Part shown: positions 1 through 7,859 of the stretch, piece by piece
Numbering within the stretch: the stretch's first letter is position 1
Layout of the letters: every line of letters starts with the position of its first letter
DNA from: Candidatus Hydrogenedentota bacterium
GTDB taxonomy: Bacteria > Hydrogenedentota > Hydrogenedentia > Hydrogenedentales > GCA-2746185
Direction: 5' to 3'
Assembly: GCA_046583315.1 (NCBI GenBank)
Contig: JAYGCN010000220.1
Span: 1-12,624 of the forward strand
DNA length: 12,624 nt
Notes under the pieces: generated by a model
Database searches by the model: none
What the model saw: only the letters and a program-made list of their open reading frames with translations
Told to the model about the DNA's origin: nothing
Program-made: the position numbers and the translations under genes

Positions 1-1512
1 CCAGGCAATTTGGAGTTGGCGCATCACGCTGTTGTGTATATCGTTGATCGCCAGAGGGCCTTGGACATGCAAGCCGCGGATTACCTGACTCCCGGAGTTG
101 ACGACGGCTGGGATTCTTATGGCGGTAGCGGTGTTGGCGGCTTCGTTCTCCAAGGGTGGGCTCCCGGGGCGAATTCAGTCCAGCTGTTAAATGAAGGGCT
201 CGGCGTCGCACTTCGTGCCGATCAAGCGATCGTTCTTCAGATGCACTATAACAATGTAAACGGACCGTCCATGAGTGATCGTACGAAAATCGGACTCAAA
301 TTGTCGTCTGATCCGAATATTCTTCTCGTCAGAAACACCATCCCTACTGTCCTGCCGGGATGGAGCTCGCCAGCTATAGAGGGGCCGGCGCTTGATCGCA
401 ATGGACCGTGCACGGCCGATGTTATAGGTCCGGGTCCGTGTTTCGGACCGGGCTGTGGTGATCAACTTCCAGGCGAAACCAATGTCTATGAAATGACGAT
501 TAATGTTCCGTCCGACACCCATCTCGTTTCGGTTTTCCCTCATATGCACCAGTTAGGTGACAAGTTCGTTGTGAGCGCCACACTACCGGATTCTACAGTG
601 GTTCCCATCATTCGATTGGATGAATGGGACTTTGATTGGCAACTTAGCTATAACTTCAAGAAACCGATCGCTCTTCCCGCGGGAAGTGTAGTCACTGTTA
701 CTGGAACGTATTTTAACGCGACTTCCGAGCCGGTTTGTGGAGGCTTATTCAGTTACGAATCGATGCTCACCTTCGGCAACTCGATCACGATCGACTCGGA
801 GGGTATTCCCACACCACGTGATTCCACGCCACCAAGAGTATTGAGCGTGACCGCCGATGAAGTTGATTCAGGGTTAACGTTGGTGGTGACCTTCGACGAA
901 GAAATCGTATTACCACATTACCCGTCCGCCGTGGAGATTATCGGTTCCTCCGGTGGAATAGTAGCTCCTGATTCGATGACGGTTACGGGTGATTCGCTGA
1001 TTATCGAATATCTTGAAACGCCGCAAGGGTCTTCAAGCGACTATCAACTCCTTCTACGTGGCTTTTTCGGCATCAAGGATTCGAATGGTAACTTCCTGGA
1101 TGGAAATGCAAACGGTGTTGGGGGCGAGTTGATTGACGATTCTGTATACGCGTTCGAGTGGTCTACACGCTCCTCAGAAACATCGGAATCGGGTGATGGC
1201 GCGTGCTTCATCGCGACGGCAGCCTATGGTACACCGATGGCCGAAGAAATCAATACCTTGCGCGCAGTACGTGATACCTACATGCTTAACAATGTCGTCG
1301 GCACGGTGTTCGTAGACCTGTACTACCGCCTGAGTCCGCCGATAGCGAATAAGATATCCACGATCCCAGCCTTGGGAGCCGGGGTTCGGCTATTACTCAT
1401 CCCGATCTTACTTCTCGCCACAGTGCTTCTGACTTGGCCGATGCTTGTCCCGCTCTTCGTGACAGCAGCTCTGGGTGCTACGGTACTGTGCCGGCGGAGG
1501 CGCCATTCGTGA
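1..1512 (+). CDS. Copper type II (PHM/DBH-fold) monooxygenase-like protein with Ig-like domain and C-terminal CFI-box-CTERM sorting domain; 5'-partial
   Basis: The frame is open from base 1 (PGNLELAHH...), so the TTG at 10 is internal. CuH-type ligands HH (22-27) and QMHY (His 244-246); CuM-type ligands FPHMH (541-549) and Met 763-765; WDFDWQLSY motif. These are followed by a DSTPP...FDE...IKDSNGNFLDG Ig-like domain, then GACFIATAAYG...LR..RD...G..FV..YYRLSPPIA, a hydrophobic segment and a basic RRRRHS end. Colinear with the paralog at 9035-10948. Confidence 0.88.
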   Translation, partial: PGNLELAHHAVVYIVDRQRALDMQAADYLTPGVDDGWDSYGGSGVGGFVLQGWAPGANSVQLLNEGLGVALRADQAIVLQMHYNNVNGPSMSDRTKIGLKLSSDPNILLVRNTIPTVLPGWSSPAIEGPALDRNGPCTADVIGPGPCFGPGCGDQLPGETNVYEMTINVPSDTHLVSVFPHMHQLGDKFVVSATLPDSTVVPIIRLDEWDFDWQLSYNFKKPIALPAGSVVTVTGTYFNATSEPVCGGLFSYESMLTFGNSITIDSEGIPTPRDSTPPRVLSVTADEVDSGLTLVVTFDEEIVLPHYPSAVEIIGSSGGIVAPDSMTVTGDSLIIEYLETPQGSSSDYQLLLRGFFGIKDSNGNFLDGNANGVGGELIDDSVYAFEWSTRSSETSESGDGACFIATAAYGTPMAEEINTLRAVRDTYMLNNVVGTVFVDLYYRLSPPIANKISTIPALGAGVRLLLIPILLLATVLLTWPMLVPLFVTAALGATVLCRRRRHS

Positions 1513-1728
1513 GTATTTCGCCAGATATAACGTATCCTGGAGCTACAGGAGGTCTAGTCTTTCGTAGGTGTTAATCAGATCACGGTCTCGTGCTGGTCAG
1601 CGGGGTCCAATGTCAAACGGTGTCAGCTTCTGTGCGAATCTTTTGAATCGCTATTTAGCGCTGTGCATCGACATTCTCCGCCAACGCCATGCATAGATAA
1701 TCAATCGCGGGCTTGGTGTAAATGCTTG

Positions 1729-3363
1729 CTATTTTTCTTCTACGTGATTCAGACGGAGTTGCACGATGCCTCCGTGTCGTACACGGTAGCCGATAAAGCT
1801 AAGCCCTTCCCATCTGACTACTTCGGGTGCTGTAGATTCGAGGAATCCAGCGACGTTTTCTGCACTGTGCCATTCACCGTCTTGGGTGCCGTTAAGTTTA
1901 AAGTACATTAGTCTGATGGCGTCGCTGGGCGTGCCATCGGGAATTTCCAGCCAAACCGTTTTTGTGTTTTCGAAAACTTGCTGGGGATGAATGCGCAAGG
2001 GTTCACGGATGCCTTCTTGAAGCTGTTGGATGTCGCTCGTTTCGTAGGTCAACGTTTCCGTTTCGGAAACTCCGGCTCTTGATGGAGATACCATGAATTG
2101 ATACTCCGCCGTCCGAAAATTCTCGTTCCCCGCGGCTACGGTGATTATCTCTTCGCCATCGGGCCATAAATTTGGTGATGAGACGAATACCCAGCCATCG
2201 GTCTTCGCCGCGTTGAGTTCGAACCAGGTGACCACGACAGACGATACAAGCGCATCAGGAAGTTTCACCCAAATATCCTTCCAATCGATCGCGTCGGTAG
2301 CACGTAACCGAATCGCGATGGTCTGATCTGCCCTTAGCGGTCGTACTCCGTTCTCGATCATTTCATACGGCATAACCTCTTCAAAGATTGCGTCCATGGG
2401 CGCAGGCGCGTGGAATCCATGGAATCCACTTGTGGGTTTCGCGGTACCGCTGTCAACGGATGTGTAGTGGCTATCCAACGTGCTCGAATTTGAAGTATAG
2501 GTGTACGATGTCGATTTCCGTTCGTCGGCCATGCCGCCGACGCCGATCGATACGATGCCCGAATATGCTTTAAGGAACATAGCGGTCGTAATTGTTGGTT
2601 TATCCGAGGTCTGCCCGGTAAGCAACCAAATCGTACCCGAACCCGTTACAGCCGCGATTCCTTCACCCACTGTGTCAAAGGGGGATGCCAGACTCCCTTC
2701 TTCACCACTGTTTCCGTGTTCAAATTGAACATATATTTCGTTGAGTTTGGCAACATGGACTGCCCTGGTTACTTCGATAGCAGGGTTACCAGCAGTGTCG
2801 GAGACGTTGTACCTGACGGTGTAATCTCCTGCAGCCACAGGATTCGACGGCAGGCCGGTAACCGCGATGCTCGACGTCAAATTTCCATCCACGTCGTCCG
2901 TTGCGGTGGCACCGGCGTCTATGTACGTACCTCCCACGGCAAGGGTAATCGATGGACTTCCTGTCAATGTGATCACGGGAGGTACCGAGTCCACATTCCC
3001 TTGAACAGTTACCGTGCCTTTCATGCCAATAAACGCATGCGGTTCGCATACGAAATAGTATAAACCGGGCGAGGTAAAGGTAAACATGTAGGTGCTCACT
3101 GCGCCAACCGGACCCGAACGAAAGCCGACCCCGTTCCAGCTTTCGTCGGCTGGGCCATTCGTTTCAACGACATTGTGGGCCGGCTGTAGATTGGTCCACG
3201 TTACTGAGTCGCCGACATTGATGACGACATCCGACGGACTGAAAGACGCGGAGAATGATTGGATATTGATATTCGCAGCGTAGGCATTCATGGCCAACGT
3301 ACACAACGAAGCAAATAGACAGATTGTCAGAACATTTTTAGGGACGGGTATCATTTTTTTCAC
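1729..3363 (-). CDS. Exported multidomain plastocyanin/azurin-family (type-1 copper) protein with DUF5011-type Ig-like domain, shared V.IG module and an uncharacterised C-terminal domain
   Basis: 544 aa. Signal peptide ending AYA-A; FSPSDVVINVGDSVTWTN..AHNV; ligand loop CEPHAFIGM (His 3175-3177, Cys 3046-3048, His 3037-3039, Met 3022-3024). DSVPPVITLTG...YIDAGATATDDVDG...YTVRYNVSDTAGN...VTRAVHV is the typical DUF5011/HYR-like Ig pattern. The start could be GTG 3363 or ATG 3354. Confidence 0.88.
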   Translation of the reverse strand: MKKMIPVPKNVLTICLFASLCTLAMNAYAANINIQSFSASFSPSDVVINVGDSVTWTNLQPAHNVVETNGPADESWNGVGFRSGPVGAVSTYMFTFTSPGLYYFVCEPHAFIGMKGTVTVQGNVDSVPPVITLTGSPSITLAVGGTYIDAGATATDDVDGNLTSSIAVTGLPSNPVAAGDYTVRYNVSDTAGNPAIEVTRAVHVAKLNEIYVQFEHGNSGEEGSLASPFDTVGEGIAAVTGSGTIWLLTGQTSDKPTITTAMFLKAYSGIVSIGVGGMADERKSTSYTYTSNSSTLDSHYTSVDSGTAKPTSGFHGFHAPAPMDAIFEEVMPYEMIENGVRPLRADQTIAIRLRATDAIDWKDIWVKLPDALVSSVVVTWFELNAAKTDGWVFVSSPNLWPDGEEIITVAAGNENFRTAEYQFMVSPSRAGVSETETLTYETSDIQQLQEGIREPLRIHPQQVFENTKTVWLEIPDGTPSDAIRLMYFKLNGTQDGEWHSAENVAGFLESTAPEVVRWEGLSFIGYRVRHGGIVQLRLNHVEEK

Positions 3364-3449
3364 GAGATAATCCGATTCTGTTTAATTTTTCGCATGTTAG
3401 CCGTAAATTAGTTACGATTTTCGGGTAAGGCACTCCCTGCAACGCGTGT

Positions 3450-4103
3450 TCACTTTTTCGCTGTTGCCGAATCGGCCTCCTGAATCGCGGACGCGATGTG
3501 TGCGACACGATTGGGGTTCGGATGAGCGATCACCTTTACAGCCTGCGTGAAGTCAAAACCCGTTTTCTCCCCGGATTCCAAGGTATATTTCTTGGGGTTC
3601 CACGGGGGGGCTTCTTCATTGTGGCACGCGATACAGGTTGCGTTGTTCGGCATTAATATGTTTTTGCCTAGATCCAGCTTAGCATCTTTGTCCATGTGCA
3701 AAATTCTTGCATCTTTCAAATGCGCAGAAGCCGGTCCGTGGCACGATCCGCATTGTACGCCATCTTCCATTCGAAGCTCTTTTGGCATAGAACGGGTCAC
3801 ACTATCGTAGCCAGTGACATGACACTTCAGACATTCGGGTGATTCGTAAGGGGGGACGGTGATGCCCAGGTCGTCGGCAAATCGTTGCGCCTTCTTCCCG
3901 TACAACGTGTCTAACGCATTGGCATGGGCGTGGGATTTCCATGAGGTATACTGGCCCCCCTTTTCGGGAACATTGTGGCAGAGTTTGCACTTTCGACTGT
4001 CGACGTAACTCTTCGCCGGTTCCTGCGCAATCGCGTGACCAAGCGACAAGAAAATTACAAACGATAATGGGAATGCTAAATTGCTGGCTAATGTTCGTTT
4101 CAT
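3450..4103 (-). CDS. Periplasmic tetraheme cytochrome c, cytochrome c554 family
   Basis: 217 aa. Signal peptide ending AIA-QE; four CxxCH motifs (CKLCH, CLKCH, CGSCH, CIACH); family pattern YV..RKC..CH....QY..W...AHA.A...L...CL.CH.TG...GVQC.SCHGP.S.H. Confidence 0.9.
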   Translation of the reverse strand: MKRTLASNLAFPLSFVIFLSLGHAIAQEPAKSYVDSRKCKLCHNVPEKGGQYTSWKSHAHANALDTLYGKKAQRFADDLGITVPPYESPECLKCHVTGYDSVTRSMPKELRMEDGVQCGSCHGPASAHLKDARILHMDKDAKLDLGKNILMPNNATCIACHNEEAPPWNPKKYTLESGEKTGFDFTQAVKVIAHPNPNRVAHIASAIQEADSATAKK

Positions 4104-4134
4104 CGATTAACTACTGCCTCATACTTAAAAATAG

Positions 4135-4163
4135 AGTATATTGTCTCGCCGTAAAAAAGTCAA
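4135..4163 (-). promoter_or_regulatory. Sigma70-type promoter for the c554 (and possibly cupredoxin) transcript
   Basis: The minus strand reads TTGACT (4163-4158), a 17-bp spacer, then TATACT (4140-4135). Each hexamer matches consensus at 5/6, and the -10 lies about 30 bp upstream of ATG 4103. Confidence 0.72.
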
Positions 4164-4252
4164 CTAGGCTCCATGGCCTACGGTGCCAGGTTCGGCGAAT
4201 TCGCCTTTTATCGGCTCAGCGTGCTAGATTGACGTCTGCGAAAGGTGCGATT

Positions 4253-4290
4253 TTGATGCGTAACAACATTTATTCGAATGCTGATATAAA
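4253..4290 (+). promoter_or_regulatory. Putative FNR/CRP-family box plus extended -10 upstream of the decaheme-porin-cytochrome operon
   Basis: TTGAT-GCGT-AACAA (4253-4266) matches 9 of 10 positions of TTGAT-N4-ATCAA. TG-A-TATAAA at 4282-4290 resembles an extended -10 and has no good -35. Confidence 0.45.
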
Positions 4291-4315
4291 TTTTGCTGTA
4301 CGTTTGGAAATCTGT

Positions 4316-6439
4316 ATGGAGGTATGCAGCGTTTCGCGGGGCATACTAAGACAGCGTCCGACTGTGCACGCTTCGCTGATACTGATTGTGATGCTCGGGA
4401 CCGTTCTTTCAGGTTGTTCGAGTGGCGGCGGTGACAGCGACGACACTACTACGTCTTTTTCCTTCTTGTCGGAAAATTCCAATCTTAACGTTCTACTTCA
4501 ACAGGTGCGCATCGCTGATGACCTTAGACCGGCGATCAAATTTATGCTGTTTGACGATGCGGGCAATACTATTTCTCTGGACGAAATTACGCATATCGAG
4601 TTCATGATGGCCGCGCTGGAGCGGGTGTCAGTCGGCACCCCTTTTGAGTATAGGAGCTATTCCACCGTTCTGGAGGATCCTGACGGAGATCCTGCATCCG
4701 GTGACGAGGCCATTCAGGCGGCCTATGACCCCGCGGGGATAAGTGGTCTAACTCAAAACAGTGAAGGCGTTTTCACCTTTAAATTCGCAAAGGCGTTACC
4801 CGGCGACTATGACCGTAGCGCGACCCATCAGTTGGGTGCAGAAATTGTGCGTTTCTCCGTTTCCGATCAACGTACCTATATGGCAAATCTGGCAATGCCC
4901 TTTCGTCCCGATGGCCAACCCGTTGCGGCCGTGCGTGACATGGTATCTCAAGAGGCGTGTAACTCGTGCCACACGCAACTCACAGCGAATGAAGGTTTAC
5001 GCACGGAGATTCAACTCTGTATTCTCTGCCACAGTTCTCAAAGTACAGATGCGGAGACTGGGAATTCGCTTCACTTTGCGGAGCTTATCCACAAGATACA
5101 CCGAGGCTCAATGCTCCCGAGTCTTTTGATTGACAGCGAGCCCTATCAGATCCATGGTATTGCGAATGCGTTGGTCGACTATTCGACCGTCGACTACCCG
5201 CAAGACATCCGAAACTGTGTGAGTTGCCATACCGATGCGCCCCAGGCTCATTTTTACGAGACCGCCCCGACGATGGTGGGATGCCAGTCGTGCCATGATC
5301 GCGTATGGTACGGAACATTTTCGACGAAACCTGCCAGTTTCTCGATGCACCCCGGCGGCGTTCAGGAGAATAATAGTCAGTGCGCACTGTGCCATTCGCC
5401 TGAGGGAAATGGTCAAGCGCCTGTTGCCCTCTCTCACCTGTTTCCGGTAGACACTCCGGGCGCTCCAGGGCTCGCGCTCGCAATCACTGGTATCGTCACA
5501 TCCCCTGGAACGGAAGGGACGCGCGTTGAAATCGCCTTCACGGCTCGCGACAAAGATGATGCATCCATTCCCAATCTTTCAACGATCGAGCGGGTTTCGG
5601 CGACGATTGCATGGCCTGTCGCTGAATACCAATCGACGGTTCACGAAGTGATCGCGAGCAGCGATGGACCTTCTGAGGGAACACTAATCACACACGGTGA
5701 CGGTTCGTATAATTTTACGTTTGCCGCGGAACTTCCTGTTACGGAGGAGAATGCGTTTGTGGTTTCTCTGGAAGGCCGTCGATCATTCCAGCATCGCGGT
5801 GTAACTTACAAGCAGGGCGCTACCCAGAGTGAGCCAATCTCCTTCTCGCCCGAAGCTACGATCCCGTCGTTCCGTCGCAGCATTGTGCTCGATCAAAAAT
5901 GCAACGTGTGTCATTTGGAGCTTCGAGCGCACGACGAGCTCCGGGTCGGAGTCGACAATTGCGTCATGTGCCACAACCCGAATTCAAGTGATGAATCGAG
6001 CCGACCTTTCGAACTTCTCCCCCCGGAAACCATCAACTTCAAAGAAATGATTCATCGCATACACACGGGAACCGACTTGGCTCATTCGTATTCCATATTC
6101 GACGCACTCGGCGCGGAGCACGATTATACCTCGACTCGTTTTTCGGGCGATCGACGCGATTGTTTAATGTGTCATGTCGAGGAGTCGATGACCCTACCGC
6201 TTCCGCCCGAAGCGCTATCAACGGTGATCACCGAGAACGGGGGAACGACGGTCGTGAGCGAATCGTTTCCCATGGGAAGCGCGTGCACGTCGTGCCACAG
6301 CACTGACACGTCCATTCAACATGCATTGCTCTATACGGACAACGCTACGGGAGCGGAGAGTTGCGCGACGTGCCACGGAGAAAGTAGTGAACTCTCCGTT
6401 ACAGCTGTTCACCAATTCGATCTGTTCGATGGGAATTAG
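4316..6439 (+). CDS. mtrC: OmcA/MtrC-family decaheme outer-surface c-type cytochrome lipoprotein
   Basis: Ten CxxCH motifs in a 5+5 arrangement, each block preceded by a heme-free beta domain (R..V....C..CH..L....R.....C..CH; IH.IH.G; C..CH x3). Lipobox LSG-C (Cys 4415-4417). I moved the start from the ORF-track 3941 to ATG 4316 (707 aa); GTG 4364 is an alternative. The symbol is a family-level assignment, not demonstrated orthology. Confidence 0.92.
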   Translation: MEVCSVSRGILRQRPTVHASLILIVMLGTVLSGCSSGGGDSDDTTTSFSFLSENSNLNVLLQQVRIADDLRPAIKFMLFDDAGNTISLDEITHIEFMMAALERVSVGTPFEYRSYSTVLEDPDGDPASGDEAIQAAYDPAGISGLTQNSEGVFTFKFAKALPGDYDRSATHQLGAEIVRFSVSDQRTYMANLAMPFRPDGQPVAAVRDMVSQEACNSCHTQLTANEGLRTEIQLCILCHSSQSTDAETGNSLHFAELIHKIHRGSMLPSLLIDSEPYQIHGIANALVDYSTVDYPQDIRNCVSCHTDAPQAHFYETAPTMVGCQSCHDRVWYGTFSTKPASFSMHPGGVQENNSQCALCHSPEGNGQAPVALSHLFPVDTPGAPGLALAITGIVTSPGTEGTRVEIAFTARDKDDASIPNLSTIERVSATIAWPVAEYQSTVHEVIASSDGPSEGTLITHGDGSYNFTFAAELPVTEENAFVVSLEGRRSFQHRGVTYKQGATQSEPISFSPEATIPSFRRSIVLDQKCNVCHLELRAHDELRVGVDNCVMCHNPNSSDESSRPFELLPPETINFKEMIHRIHTGTDLAHSYSIFDALGAEHDYTSTRFSGDRRDCLMCHVEESMTLPLPPEALSTVITENGGTTVVSESFPMGSACTSCHSTDTSIQHALLYTDNATGAESCATCHGESSELSVTAVHQFDLFDGN

Positions 6440-6452
6440 GGATTTGCCCGGA

Positions 6453-7838
6453 ATGATTTTGCGACCATATGACGCGTTCACAAAATCAACATACACACGT
6501 ACGTTCGTCGCGTTACTTTTGCTGCTATCCGCCTCGCGATTTGTCGTCGCTCAGGAGTCCGAGCCTGTCCCACCAGAAACCCGGTGGCTTTCGGGAGAAT
6601 TGGAACTCGGCCTGGACGCGATCCGTTCGAAATCTGAGGGCGACCTGGAACTGGATCAGGTGTTGCGTCTCCGGGCGGACCCCGCGAAGCATGACAATCT
6701 TCATTTTCGTTCTACCATTTGGACCACCCAAGATCTGGACGGACGGGAATCGTCGACGAGTGCCTTCCGAGGTCTTAATGATACGTCCGACACTTTTGTG
6801 AACACCCGGGTTCTTTCCCTCTACATGGAGTATGAAGGGGAACACGACGATGTGCGCTTGCGCCTTGGGCGTCAACGCATATCCGGAGGCGTAGCGTATA
6901 ATCGGATCGACGGCGCCTATTTCAGGATGCGGCACAATAAGTGGGAGTACTATGCCTTCTTGGGAGCGCGCGCATCGGTCTATGAAAACAGTCATGAGGA
7001 TATATCGAGCGGTGCCGGCGCTGCGTGGAGACCGTTACCAAGGACGCGCGTGGCTCTTGATTTATTCTACGGAGACGACGATAGGCGCAACTATGACGCC
7101 GACGATGTCTCGGCGGCGTTGACGTCGGTATCGGTTCGTCATTCTCTGAATCCTTATCACAATGTTTTCGGACGCGCAATCTGGTACGAGGAAGACCTGG
7201 ACGAATTCAAGGTGATGGCGCAGGGCGTATTTCGGGAAGATGCGTTTCTGTACACCGTGGCCTATCGAAAACGGGTTAGCACACTGGCGGAACGTCCGAC
7301 GGATTTCCCTCAGTTCTATCATGTTGTAGGAGAACTGAACGGGTATGAAGATGTGCAGGCGATAGTTGGTTTCCCAATCGGTGAGCACGTCGAATTGGGC
7401 TTCGAGGCACAGGTGCACGACGCGAGTGACGATATGCTGAACACAGGGAATCGCGATTTTCAGCGCTACGGGATATCTCTGGATATCACCGATATTGCGA
7501 AACACTATGGCCTGCGCGTGATCGCCGAGTTATGGGACGCGTCCGACGCGGAAAGCGAAAAGACGATTTCAGGTGAAGTCTCGCGTCGATGGGAGCGCAC
7601 GAAAGCCTCAATGGGCGTCGATTATGATCGTTTTCAGGATCGGATCATCCAGTATGATCTCCAAGATCAGGATTCTTTTTTCATCCAATCCGCAAGTGAC
7701 ATATATACGTTTTATCTAAGGGTCAAGCACGATATCAATGAACAGCACAGCGTTCGAATTCGGGGATCGGTAGAAGACGACGATACGGATGAGGCCCCTT
7801 ATTGGCGGCTTCGTTCTGTGTATACCTATAGATTTTAA
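6453..7838 (+). CDS. Outer-membrane beta-barrel porin of a porin-cytochrome conduit
   Basis: 461 aa from ATG 6453, 13 bp after the decaheme stop. Signal peptide ending VVA-QE; alternating amphipathic strands (LRLGRQ....G....RIDGAYF, YYAFLG, YGISLDI, FYLRVKHDI); C-terminal YTYRF beta-signal; no Cys; located between two multiheme cytochrome genes. Confidence 0.85.
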   Translation: MILRPYDAFTKSTYTRTFVALLLLLSASRFVVAQESEPVPPETRWLSGELELGLDAIRSKSEGDLELDQVLRLRADPAKHDNLHFRSTIWTTQDLDGRESSTSAFRGLNDTSDTFVNTRVLSLYMEYEGEHDDVRLRLGRQRISGGVAYNRIDGAYFRMRHNKWEYYAFLGARASVYENSHEDISSGAGAAWRPLPRTRVALDLFYGDDDRRNYDADDVSAALTSVSVRHSLNPYHNVFGRAIWYEEDLDEFKVMAQGVFREDAFLYTVAYRKRVSTLAERPTDFPQFYHVVGELNGYEDVQAIVGFPIGEHVELGFEAQVHDASDDMLNTGNRDFQRYGISLDITDIAKHYGLRVIAELWDASDAESEKTISGEVSRRWERTKASMGVDYDRFQDRIIQYDLQDQDSFFIQSASDIYTFYLRVKHDINEQHSVRIRGSVEDDDTDEAPYWRLRSVYTYRF

Positions 7839-7859
7839 CCAACGTGAGGCTTTGTTTCC

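Noticed and set aside
1535..1550. Hairpins in the convergent gaps (TCCTG-N6-CAGGA at 1535-1550; ATAGC-N4-GCTAT at 8978-8991) as terminators
   Set aside because: The stems are only 5 bp and lack convincing U-tracts.
3450..4103. cycA as a marker of ammonia oxidation
   Set aside because: There is no hao/cycB context, and c554-family domains are common in non-nitrifiers.
3941..4315. 125-aa N-terminal extension of the decaheme ORF in the ORF track
   Set aside because: It overlaps the c554 gene on the opposite strand and the promoter region, and the lipoprotein signal only makes sense with a start near 4316.
6321..6452. N-terminal extension of the porin ORF
   Set aside because: It overlaps the last hemes of the decaheme gene; the signal peptide fits ATG 6453 (ATG 6429 is a less likely alternative).
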